From Coriobacteriaceae bacterium (GTDB lineage: Bacteria; Bacillota; Clostridia; Oscillospirales; Ruminococcaceae): a DNA stretch of 64,000 nucleotides. Below are positions 10,162 through 18,755 of this stretch, piece after piece; position 1 is the first letter of the stretch, and every line of letters begins with the position of its first letter. The position numbers and the translations under genes were made by a program. A model generated the notes under the pieces. That model saw only the letters and a list, made by a program, of their open reading frames with translations. It made no database searches and was not told the DNA's origin. Location: positions 8,726 through 72,725 of the forward strand of contig CAVAGJ010000005.1 in NCBI GenBank assembly GCA_963588145.1. The letters run 5' to 3'.

Positions 10162-11904
10162 TCAGCCGTCCCAGATCATGACTTTGGCGTTCAGGATGGA
10201 GGTATCCTCCACCGTGGCGATATACTCGCCCTTCTCGTTGCGGGGGGTGCAGTCGCAGTCCAGCAGGCAGATCTGGCGGGCTTCCTCGGTGCCATCGGCC
10301 AAGCGCACCTTGTACTTGATGACTGCATTGTCCGGCACCAGCGCGCCCTGCACGTAGACGCGCATGCCGTCCATTACCTCGCCGGTGTCATCGGTCAGGT
10401 GGCCGCACCAGGCCAGGTCATAACCGCCGTAGTTGCGGTAGGTCTGGTAGGCGTAGAGTGTGCCGTGGTCGGCGGGCAGTTCAATGCCCGGCATCTGGGC
10501 GTGGAGTTCCCGTGCGGCAAAACGGCAGAAGAAATTCGTCTCAGCCTGGGTGTTGGTGTCCCAGACATTCTCGTTGCAAAGGATCAGGTCATCCGCCGTG
10601 ACCTCATCGGCCAGGCCGGCGCGGATGGTATCGGCAAAGAAGTTGTAGGCTTTCAGGTTCTCGGCGTGGTGGGTGCGCAGACAACCGCGGGTAAAGGCAC
10701 CGTTGGCGGCAATGCCCGCCGCCAGCACCACCGCCAGCAACGCGCGCAGCAACGCCGAGGGAACTTTAGGCAGGCGGCAGCAAAGTTTTGCCAGCGCCGC
10801 CACGCCTGCCGCCAGCAGCAGGCCCAGACCTATCGAGCTGGCCGCAGCGGGGATATAGCCCCACTTCCAGGTGATGGCCTCGGGCTGCTGGTAGCGTTCC
10901 GACAGTGCCAGCAGCGCCGCCGGGGCAGCCCACAGGCCAAAGCCCAGCAGAGCCAGGCCGCCCAGGGCCTTGCCGCTGACCTCTTCCCGAGGAACGGCAA
11001 ACAGCAGCGCCGCCACCGTCAGCAGGCCCAGCACAAAGGGCCAGAGTATATCACCCTTGCTGATGGCACCGCAGTCCTGCCCCTGCAGCCAGGGACCCAG
11101 GAACGGGATGGACGCGGCCATCTGCTGCACGGTCACGCGGGCCACGTTGGGGATGTCCAGCGAAAGCGCGTTGCCGGTGCCGCCGCTGCGGGAGCTGGCA
11201 AAGTGGTAGCAGAACGCCACCGCCATGCCGCCCAGCGCCGGGGCCGAAGCCCGCAGGCCGTCCCGCACACTGCGGGTGTACACCACCCACAGCAGCAGCG
11301 CCAGCACGGCGTAGACATAGCCGGTCTCGTAGGTGCCGCAGGCAATGAACGCCAGCACGGCCGCCGCCACGCCCCAGGCGCGGTGGTGAGACTCCCGCAG
11401 ATAAAACAGGCACAGCCAGCTGGCCGCCGCCCAGAGCAGTGTGCGCTGGGGCACGGCGTAGTAGCTGTACATACCCTCGTTAAAAATAGGGGCCGCCGCC
11501 AGCGCCAGGCCAAAGGCCCCCAGCGCCAGGGCGTTGCTGCGACTAAGACGCGCCGCCACGCGGCTGACCATAAAAGCTGCCGCGCCGGTCATAGCAATAA
11601 TGTACAGCCGGTAGCTGGCCAGGGTGCGGTAAAACAGCAGTGCCACCGCATTGGGGTAGTGGAACGGGAAGAACCGCACCTGCTTTAGCAAAAAGTAGCT
11701 CAGCAGCTCCTGCAGATCCTGCAGGGCATACTGCCAGAAGGACATGCGGCCCATATTGTACAGCCAGCCGTTCAGGGTCAGCTTGTCGTCCCCCTCGGCC
11801 GGTACGCTGATAGTCACCCGCAGGTACATGACCGTCGCCGCAAACACGGCCAGATACAGCACCGCCAGCGCCAGCCGCCGGGCAGCTGTGTTTTGTTTTT
11901 TCAT
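10162..11904 (-). CDS. Polytopic membrane protein, putative GT-C (GtrII-like) glycosyltransferase
   Basis: First TM followed by an acidic GDD loop and RFFP; about 11 TM segments; C-terminal soluble domain. Confidence 0.55.
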   Translation of the reverse strand: MKKQNTAARRLALAVLYLAVFAATVMYLRVTISVPAEGDDKLTLNGWLYNMGRMSFWQYALQDLQELLSYFLLKQVRFFPFHYPNAVALLFYRTLASYRLYIIAMTGAAAFMVSRVAARLSRSNALALGAFGLALAAAPIFNEGMYSYYAVPQRTLLWAAASWLCLFYLRESHHRAWGVAAAVLAFIACGTYETGYVYAVLALLLWVVYTRSVRDGLRASAPALGGMAVAFCYHFASSRSGGTGNALSLDIPNVARVTVQQMAASIPFLGPWLQGQDCGAISKGDILWPFVLGLLTVAALLFAVPREEVSGKALGGLALLGFGLWAAPAALLALSERYQQPEAITWKWGYIPAAASSIGLGLLLAAGVAALAKLCCRLPKVPSALLRALLAVVLAAGIAANGAFTRGCLRTHHAENLKAYNFFADTIRAGLADEVTADDLILCNENVWDTNTQAETNFFCRFAARELHAQMPGIELPADHGTLYAYQTYRNYGGYDLAWCGHLTDDTGEVMDGMRVYVQGALVPDNAVIKYKVRLADGTEEARQICLLDCDCTPRNEKGEYIATVEDTSILNAKVMIWDG

Positions 11905-11945
11905 ATCGTTCCTCCCCTTGCCGGGATATAGTTGTAATTAAGTGT

Positions 11946-11974
11946 ATTATAGCATAGGCGGGCATTACACGCAA
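11946..11974 (-). promoter_or_regulatory. sigma-A promoter for the two GT-C genes
   Basis: Minus strand TTGCGT-17 bp-TATAAT with extended TG. Confidence 0.6.
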
Positions 11975-12021
11975 TCATAGAAACAGCCCCCGGCAATGCC
12001 GGGGGCTGGGGTTTACATGAT

Positions 12022-14433
12022 TTACTGGTGTTTTTTGCGCAGCAGGATAATGCTGACCATACCAAGGGCAGCAGTACCCATCAGGGCAGCCAGACCAACG
12101 TACGGGAACGTATCCGCCGTCTTGGGGATGGCCGCCGTGACCGTGGCGGGTGTGCTTTGGGCCTTGGCCTCGGCACGCGGTGCCGCCGTGGGCTTGGCCG
12201 TGGCGGTGACTGTCGTGGTGCTGCTGTTCGATTGAGCCGGGGTAGGTGTCGGCGTGGGCTGGGTCGGCTTAGCCGTAATGGCAAAGCTGGCGTAGTACAC
12301 GCTCTCCAGATATTCGCCGTTCGCCGGAACGACCAGTTTCACCTCATATTCACCGACAGCCGTGGGTACGACATCCGTGTAAGCAGCATCATCTGCACCT
12401 TTGACTTTGTAATAGACTTTGGCGTTCAGCGGGTTTCCTGCCTCATCTGTCACAGTGGGCAGCGTCGGGGTGCCGCCTTCTGTCCAGCCGTCCGCCTTGA
12501 TGGTAACGTTCTCTGCCGGGCGGGCCGCGCCTTTGACGATGTGCGTGTACTTGTAATCTACGGGATGCAACTGCATTTCTCCGTTATGTTCTTCGCGCGC
12601 AATCTGTGCCGCGTCTTTTTCGGAGGCACCGCACAGGGCAATGATCTCGTCGGCATCCGTCAGCTTGACCCAGCCGCCGATGGTCATTGCGCCATCGGTG
12701 CGCAGCGTAATATCGCAATCGTTGCCGCTGATGGTAATATCGCCGGAGCCGATTGTGTTCCACTTCTGGCTGTGGGCATCCACGACTGCATTGCCGCCAA
12801 ACACGACCCCGCCGCTGAATGCCTGCAGCGCGTTTTCTGCAGCATCCACCGTCACCTTGCCGCCGGTGATGCGGATGGTGCCCTGGTAGTCCTCACTGCT
12901 GCCCTGGTACACACTAATGCCACTCTTTTGGGCGCGTTTGACTTCCACCGTGCCGCCCGTGATGTTGACATCGCCCAACACGGTATTGATGGCTTCGCCG
13001 GTATAATCGGTAGTCACACTGCCACCGTTGATGGTAATATCACCCTGATAGGCTGAAATGCCCGTGTAGGTGGAATCCGAAATGTAGACCTTGCCGTTGT
13101 CGATCGTAATACCGTTGTAGGACACCAATGCACTGCCGCTCTCGTCCAGCAGCACTTCGCCGCCGCGGATGATGGTATTGCCGTTGGAGAACAGGTCGTT
13201 CACACCCACATCCTGGGCCGTGAGCGTGCCTCCGTTGATCTTGATGTCGGCAGCCGTGGTGATACCCTTACCGCCGTAGCCATACTCTCCGTAATCGATG
13301 CGGCGGATGTCCGAAAGGCGCACCGTGCCGCCGTTGAGGATAAAGTCGCCGGCCGAGTTGCCTTCCCTATCCATGTGGCCGATGTCCATGCCGTTGCCGC
13401 CGATGTTGCTCAGCTCTACCGTGCCGCCGTTGACGACCACATCATTGTAAACGCTGATACCCTGGCCCATAACACTGTTTCCCACAGTCAGGCCGCGAAT
13501 ATCAGAGATCTTTACCGTGCCGCTATTGACGGTCATGCCGCCGGTAATACCGGCCACGCTGCCACTGGCCTTGCCGGAACCAGCTGCAATACCTTTGCCG
13601 TCAATGTTGGTGATTTCCAGCGTACCGCCATCCACGGTCACATCGCCGCTGGCATATACACCGCTCCCGCCGCTGTGGTACTCATTATCCTGCACACGGG
13701 CACCGTTGATGTAGAGCCGGCCACCCTGGATGCGCAGGGAAGCCTGCATATTCAGCACGCCGTTTTCCATGTTGCCGTTCAGGCTGACATCGGCACTGTC
13801 CTTGATAACAGCATCGCCCGTACGGGTATACAGGCCGGTCACGCCAAAGGTGGCGTTATTCTGCCCGGTGATCTTCACGCTGCCGCCGATCTCGGCACCG
13901 TTTACGCCGCCCAGCATGCAGCGCCAGTTCGAGGTATTATCCACGGTGATCCGTGCGTTGCCGGTGCCGTCAATGGTCAGTTTGCCATCGGACACCACCG
14001 GGCCAGGCAATGTGTTGCTGCCCTGCAGCGTCAGGTGCAGATCATGCGAAGCATATACAGCCATATAGCCCTGCGCCGCACCCAGGTTAGCAAACACGGC
14101 ATTGTTCAGGGTCACATGGCAGCCATCTGCTTCCGGCTCGATCTTAACGGCAAAATCTGCCGCCGTCGCTTCGACCAGTGCGCCTGACTCTACCTTATAG
14201 TATTTCGTTTCCTCGGCAACAGGCTGTGCCGCCGTGCCGTTGACTATGAAATTGCTTTCCGATACGCTATCCTGCACAGCGATAGCATCTTCCGCTGCAA
14301 AAGCGGCGGTTTCTGGCGTGGACACGCTGTATTGCGGGACATTTTCGCCCGTGGTTTCGGCATAGGCAGGCAAAGCCGCAGTGCCCAGCATGGCGGCTGC
14401 CGCCAGCAATGCCAGCAGATTTTTTGCTTTCAT
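12022..14433 (-). CDS. Sortase-anchored surface protein with beta-helix (Cthe_2159/DUF4353-like) repeats and an MBG-like stalk
   Basis: Signal peptide MKAKNLLALLAAAAMLGTAALPAYA; about 10 x-I-N-G-G-T-V-x-I repeats; P/T-rich linker; IPKTA followed by a hydrophobic helix and RKKH. Confidence 0.8.
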   Translation of the reverse strand: MKAKNLLALLAAAAMLGTAALPAYAETTGENVPQYSVSTPETAAFAAEDAIAVQDSVSESNFIVNGTAAQPVAEETKYYKVESGALVEATAADFAVKIEPEADGCHVTLNNAVFANLGAAQGYMAVYASHDLHLTLQGSNTLPGPVVSDGKLTIDGTGNARITVDNTSNWRCMLGGVNGAEIGGSVKITGQNNATFGVTGLYTRTGDAVIKDSADVSLNGNMENGVLNMQASLRIQGGRLYINGARVQDNEYHSGGSGVYASGDVTVDGGTLEITNIDGKGIAAGSGKASGSVAGITGGMTVNSGTVKISDIRGLTVGNSVMGQGISVYNDVVVNGGTVELSNIGGNGMDIGHMDREGNSAGDFILNGGTVRLSDIRRIDYGEYGYGGKGITTAADIKINGGTLTAQDVGVNDLFSNGNTIIRGGEVLLDESGSALVSYNGITIDNGKVYISDSTYTGISAYQGDITINGGSVTTDYTGEAINTVLGDVNITGGTVEVKRAQKSGISVYQGSSEDYQGTIRITGGKVTVDAAENALQAFSGGVVFGGNAVVDAHSQKWNTIGSGDITISGNDCDITLRTDGAMTIGGWVKLTDADEIIALCGASEKDAAQIAREEHNGEMQLHPVDYKYTHIVKGAARPAENVTIKADGWTEGGTPTLPTVTDEAGNPLNAKVYYKVKGADDAAYTDVVPTAVGEYEVKLVVPANGEYLESVYYASFAITAKPTQPTPTPTPAQSNSSTTTVTATAKPTAAPRAEAKAQSTPATVTAAIPKTADTFPYVGLAALMGTAALGMVSIILLRKKHQ

Positions 14434-14525
14434 TCAACATCCTCCGTCCATGGCGGGATAAAGCTCATTATGGGAAGCTAGCTTCCCATAACAAAGGGGT
14501 ACCCCTTTGAAAAAATTCTATTTTT

Positions 14526-14554
14526 ACTATACACGCATCCCGTGTAAAAGTCAA
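14526..14554 (-). promoter_or_regulatory. sigma-A promoter of the surface protein gene
   Basis: Minus strand TTGACT-17 bp-TATAGT; the inverted repeat TACACG-N5-CGTGTA overlaps the -10 and the spacer. Confidence 0.7.
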
Positions 14555-14647
14555 TCTACATTTCATTTGTTATTGAACATTATTTCCCATACAAACGCAA
14601 AAGGAGGAGCATCGAAGTGCTCCTCTTTATAATAAGTTATTGCAGGT

Positions 14648-15691
14648 TTAGTCCAGCTTCATGTCGCCGTCTTTGATCCAGCCCCACTTGCGCAGGATTT
14701 CGCAGAACACCACGCTCAGCACAGCGGGCAGGACGAAGCAGATCAGCACCAGGCCCACCCAGTCAAAGGTGGTAACAGCCTTGCCAGCCTCGATCCAGCC
14801 GGTGTACACGCCGATCTGGCCCACCAGGCCGCAGGTGCCCATGCCGCTGGAGACCGCCGGACCGTTCATTTCCAAGTGGAACAGGCAGGTAGCGATGGGG
14901 CCGGTGATTGCCGCCGCCAGCGTCGGGGGGATCCAGATGCGGGGGTTGCGCAGGATGTTGGGCATCTGCAGCATGCTGGTGCCCAGGCCCTGGCTGACCA
15001 GGCCGCCGACACCGTTCTCCCGATAGCTCATAAAAGCAAAGCCGATCATCTGGGCACAGCAGCCAGCCACAGCCGCACCGCCTGCCAGGCCGGTCAGACC
15101 CAGGGCCGCGCAGATGGCCGCGCTGGAGATGGGCAACGTCAGGGCCACGCCCACCAGCACGGAAACCGCAATGCCCATCAGCAGGGGCTGCAGTTCGGTC
15201 GCCCACATGATAACGTTGCCCACGGCGCTGGCCACCGCGCCAACGCTGGGGGCGCACAGGGCGCTCAAGCCCACACCCACCAGAATGGTGACGGCCGGGG
15301 TGACGAGGATATCGACCTTGGTTTCTTTGCTGACCAGCTTGCCGACCTCGGTAGCGATGATGGCGATGAGGTAGACGGCCAGAGGGCCGCCTGCGCCGCC
15401 CAGTTCATTGGCCGCGCCGCCGACGGCAATCAGGCTGAACAGCACCAGCTGCGGGGCATGCAGGGCGTAACCGATGGATGCCGCCATGGCAGGGCCTGCG
15501 ACTGCCGCCGCATAGCCGCCCGCCGTAACCAGGAACGCAAGCCCCAGCTGCTGGCCCAGCGTTTTGATGATAGTGCCGATCAGCAGGCTGGCGAACAGGC
15601 CCTGGGCCATCGCGCCCATGGCATCAATGCCGTAACGATGCGCCGAGATGACAACATCTTTGCGCTTGAAAAATGTACTTACTGCCTCCAT
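14648..15691 (-). CDS. PTS EIIC_2-family membrane protein (stand-alone)
   Basis: MAQGLFASLLIGTI, LPISSAAIC, GLGTSMLQMPNI, SGMGTCGLVG. Start placed at MEAV. Confidence 0.8.
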   Translation of the reverse strand: MEAVSTFFKRKDVVISAHRYGIDAMGAMAQGLFASLLIGTIIKTLGQQLGLAFLVTAGGYAAAVAGPAMAASIGYALHAPQLVLFSLIAVGGAANELGGAGGPLAVYLIAIIATEVGKLVSKETKVDILVTPAVTILVGVGLSALCAPSVGAVASAVGNVIMWATELQPLLMGIAVSVLVGVALTLPISSAAICAALGLTGLAGGAAVAGCCAQMIGFAFMSYRENGVGGLVSQGLGTSMLQMPNILRNPRIWIPPTLAAAITGPIATCLFHLEMNGPAVSSGMGTCGLVGQIGVYTGWIEAGKAVTTFDWVGLVLICFVLPAVLSVVFCEILRKWGWIKDGDMKLD

Positions 15692-15857
15692 AAAACTTTT
15701 CCTCTTTCCACTTGTTAAATTTTTGCACAAGGGTTAAAGTGATTATAATACAGCCGCCCCGCAATTGCAACCCATAACGGGAAAATAGGTGACAATGATT
15801 GAAAATAGCGGGGAAATGCGATACAATGGCAGCAACGACCTAAAAGGAGGTCCCATC

Positions 15858-16616
15858 ATGGTTGAGACTTTTACCGTCCACATCACGCCCTATGACCTGG
15901 ACCGCAATACCTTTATCTATCTGCCGGACGATTGGCAGACCAGCGGCAAGCGCTATCCCGTCATTTATATGTTTGACGGCCACAACCTGTTTTTTGATTC
16001 CACTGCCACGTTTGGCACCTGCTGGGGGCTGAAAGAGTATCTGGATGCCCACCCCAACGCCATTGTGGTCGCGCCCGAATGTAACCACGAGGGAAACAAG
16101 CGGCTGGAAGAATACTGCCCCTACGACAGCGATTGGTTCGATGGCATCCACGGCACCGGCAAGCGGTACATGGACTGGCTGGTGGATGAGTTGAAACCGG
16201 CCATCGATGCCCAATACCCCACTTTGCCCGACCGCGAGAACACGGCCATCGGCGGCTCCAGCATGGGTGGGTTGATGAGCCTGTATGCGATCACTGCTTA
16301 TAATAAGGTATTCAGCAAAGCGGCGTGCCTGTCCCCCTCGGTGCGGATTTGCCTGCCGCAGGTCAAGGCCGAGCTGAAAAAGGCGCGCCTGGCCCCGGAC
16401 ACGCGGGTGTACATCAGCTGGGGCGAAAAAGAGGGCAAGGGCAAGCATCAACTGGCCCAGTACACCGCCAACGCCCTGACCGTGACCCGCGGCTTGAGCG
16501 AAAAGGGTGCCCAAGTGTACCCCTACCTGCAAATGGACGGCAAACACTGCGAAGCCGACTGGCGCAAACAATTGGGTCGATGCTTTAAGTTTTTGTTCGG
16601 GTGGAAAGAACGATAA
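15858..16616 (+). CDS. Alpha/beta hydrolase, putative esterase
   Basis: YPVIYMFDGHN, GGSSMGG nucleophile elbow, HCEADW; AAGGAGG RBS before ATG 15858. Confidence 0.85.
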   Translation: MVETFTVHITPYDLDRNTFIYLPDDWQTSGKRYPVIYMFDGHNLFFDSTATFGTCWGLKEYLDAHPNAIVVAPECNHEGNKRLEEYCPYDSDWFDGIHGTGKRYMDWLVDELKPAIDAQYPTLPDRENTAIGGSSMGGLMSLYAITAYNKVFSKAACLSPSVRICLPQVKAELKKARLAPDTRVYISWGEKEGKGKHQLAQYTANALTVTRGLSEKGAQVYPYLQMDGKHCEADWRKQLGRCFKFLFGWKER

Positions 16617-16632
16617 AGTTATCGCCAGATGC

Positions 16633-16694
16633 GCAGGATGGGGCAAGCCCCCCTACAGTACGAATTAGCAAAGGGCTGTAGGGATGAACCTACA
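16633..16694. repeat. Decayed REP-like half elements
   Basis: GGGGCAAGCCCCCCTACAG ... CTGTAGGGATGAACCTACA. Confidence 0.45.
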
Positions 16695-16767
16695 ACTCAA
16701 CTTCCGGTATTTTTCCCCAGAGGGGTCAAACGAAAGCCACACAATTATCATAAGGAGGAATCCACAA

Positions 16768-17322
16768 ATGTCAAAAGCTGTAATCTTTTTTGCCCCGGGG
16801 CTTGAGGAATGTGAAGCCCTGCTTTGCGTTGACATTCTCCGCCGGGCGGGGGTCGAAGTCACCATCGCCGCCGTGGGCGGGGAGTGCATCGTTACCAGCG
16901 CCCGCCGGGTCAATGTCGTGGCCGATGCCCTGGCCGAGGAACTGAACTACACCCAGTTCGATGCCTGCATCCTGCCGGGCGGCATCCCCGGTGTGCCCAA
17001 CCTGAAAGCCGATGCCACCGTGCGCCAGGTCTGCGTGGACTTTGCCACTGCTGGCAAAAAGGTCTGTGCCATCTGTGCCGCCCCCACCGCCTTGGCCGAT
17101 TTTGGTGTGCTGCAGGGCAAAAAAGCCACCGTCTACCCCGGCATGGACGCTGATCTGACCGTCGCCGGGGCCGCCTATACCGGCCTGCCGCTGACCATCG
17201 ATGGCAACATCATCACCGGCGAGGCCCTGGGGGCCGCCATCCCCTTTGCCCTGGCTATCGCCCGCGAACTGGCCGGTGCCGATGCCGCCGCCTGCGTCAA
17301 GAAAGCCATCGTCTACCAATAA
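16768..17322 (+). CDS. DJ-1/PfpI (YajL/ThiJ-like) family protein
   Basis: GLEECEA, ILPGG, AICAAP catalytic Cys; AAGGAGG RBS. Confidence 0.9.
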   Translation: MSKAVIFFAPGLEECEALLCVDILRRAGVEVTIAAVGGECIVTSARRVNVVADALAEELNYTQFDACILPGGIPGVPNLKADATVRQVCVDFATAGKKVCAICAAPTALADFGVLQGKKATVYPGMDADLTVAGAAYTGLPLTIDGNIITGEALGAAIPFALAIARELAGADAAACVKKAIVYQ

Positions 17323-17338
17323 TTATCCGCATATACGC

Positions 17339-17374
17339 AAAAGTCCCCGGTGCATGCACCGGGGACTTACTTTT
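17339..17374. terminator. Bidirectional terminator between the DJ-1 and mgsA-like genes
   Basis: AAGTCCCCGGTGCA/TGCACCGGGGACTT flanked by A and T tracts. Confidence 0.8.
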
Positions 17375-17386
17375 GGTATCAGCTTA

Positions 17387-17791
17387 TTATTTGCGGCCGC
17401 GCTGGAGTTCGATCCAGGCAAGGTCGCCGCGCTCCAGGCCGTGGATCAGCACCTCGGCCGTAGCGATGTTGGTTGCCACCGGGATGGTGTGCATGTCGCA
17501 CAGGCGCAGCAGGGTCACATCGTTGGGCTCGCCGGGTTTGGCACCCACGGGGTCACGGAAGAACAGCAGCATATCCACTTCGCCGCAGCCGATCATGGCC
17601 GCGATCTGCTCAGCGCCGCCGCGCCCACCCGGATACAGGCAGCGCACCGGCAGGCCGGTGGCATCGCGGACGATCTTGCCGGTAACGCCGGTAGCCACCA
17701 ACTCGTTTTCCGACAAAATGCGGACATATGCGGTACAGAACTGCGCCATCAATTCCTTACGGGAATCGTGGGCAATCAAAGCGATCCTCAT
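17387..17791 (-). CDS. mgsA: Methylglyoxal synthase family protein (degenerate active site)
   Basis: IALIAHD..K, ATGVTG, FFRDP, LLRLCD, IPVATNIATAE. The usual GGDQQ and PHDPD motifs read GGAEQ and PGEPN. Confidence 0.8.
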   Translation of the reverse strand: MRIALIAHDSRKELMAQFCTAYVRILSENELVATGVTGKIVRDATGLPVRCLYPGGRGGAEQIAAMIGCGEVDMLLFFRDPVGAKPGEPNDVTLLRLCDMHTIPVATNIATAEVLIHGLERGDLAWIELQRGRK

Positions 17792-18042
17792 TGCTGTTCC
17801 CTCCCTGGGAGTATGTAAGCGTTTACTATGCGCTGTAGCGTGTACGAATGCTACTATAATAAGATACCTGTGCAAAAAAAGCAAGTCCCGCAGGCCAAAA
17901 CCTGTTAAAAAAATGAACATCTTTTGCCCAATCCGGCAATTTTCACAAAACAAGCTGTGAAAGTTTAGCTAAACCGCGCGGCGCAACCATGCTATAATGA
18001 GGAAAAGAAGCTGCACCCGCAGCTTGCAAAGGAGGAATCCCC

Positions 18043-18636
18043 ATGAAGAAATCTGCCCAGACTGTCATCCGCCCGGATGCCTGCTATACCATCGCTGCTG
18101 CCAACGGCCGCGTACTGGAGGTGGCCGATTTCAACACCGAGAACGGCGCTTCGGTGCGCCTGTGGAGTTACGAGGGCCAGCCCTGGCAGCAATGGTTTTT
18201 TGTGGAAGCTGGGGAGAATGAATATCGCATCAAAAACCGCTTTACCTGCAAGGTCATGGACCTGGCGCTTTCCGGCGTGGAGAACGGCACCTGGGTACAC
18301 CAGTGGTCGGCCACTTCCGGCGCAGGCCAGCGCTGGGAGATTATGGATGTCGGCGGTGGCATGGTAAAGCTGCGCAACGTGCTGGCCGATAAGGTCATTG
18401 ACCTGGTGGGCATGCGCGTAGAAAACGGCACCCAAGCCCAGATTTGGCAGGATGTCTACGGCGAGAATCAGCTGTGGAAGATCGACCCCGTGCCGGATCG
18501 CCTGTTGGAGCGCACCGTCGAGCCGCCCAAACTAACCCGTGCCACCCCCAAGAAGGCTGCCACCAAGACCACCCGCACCCAAACCGGCAAAAAGACCTCC
18601 GGCAAGAGCGCCCGCCGCGGAAGTAAGAATAAGTAA
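18043..18636 (+). CDS. Ricin B-type lectin domain protein with a basic low-complexity C-terminal tail
   Basis: Three QxW motifs (QQW, QRW, QLW); no signal peptide; K/R/T-rich tail; AAGGAGG RBS. Confidence 0.85.
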   Translation: MKKSAQTVIRPDACYTIAAANGRVLEVADFNTENGASVRLWSYEGQPWQQWFFVEAGENEYRIKNRFTCKVMDLALSGVENGTWVHQWSATSGAGQRWEIMDVGGGMVKLRNVLADKVIDLVGMRVENGTQAQIWQDVYGENQLWKIDPVPDRLLERTVEPPKLTRATPKKAATKTTRTQTGKKTSGKSARRGSKNK

Positions 18637-18647
18637 GAACCTTTATT

Positions 18648-18674
18648 GGCCCCCTCTGCGAGGGGGGCCTTTTT
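18648..18674 (+). terminator. Intrinsic terminator
   Basis: GGCCCCCTC-TGC-GAGGGGGGCC followed by TTTTT. Confidence 0.75.
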
Positions 18675-18755
18675 GTGTCTTGCCATCTTGCGGCACATTG
18701 CAAAGCCTGTTATAATAAAAGATAAGTGTAAAACAGACGAAAGGCAGTACAAAAC

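Noticed and set aside
7432..14650. Integrative island at tRNA-Val
   Set aside because: No integrase, no duplicated tRNA 3' end (attR), and no obvious compositional break across the three surface genes.
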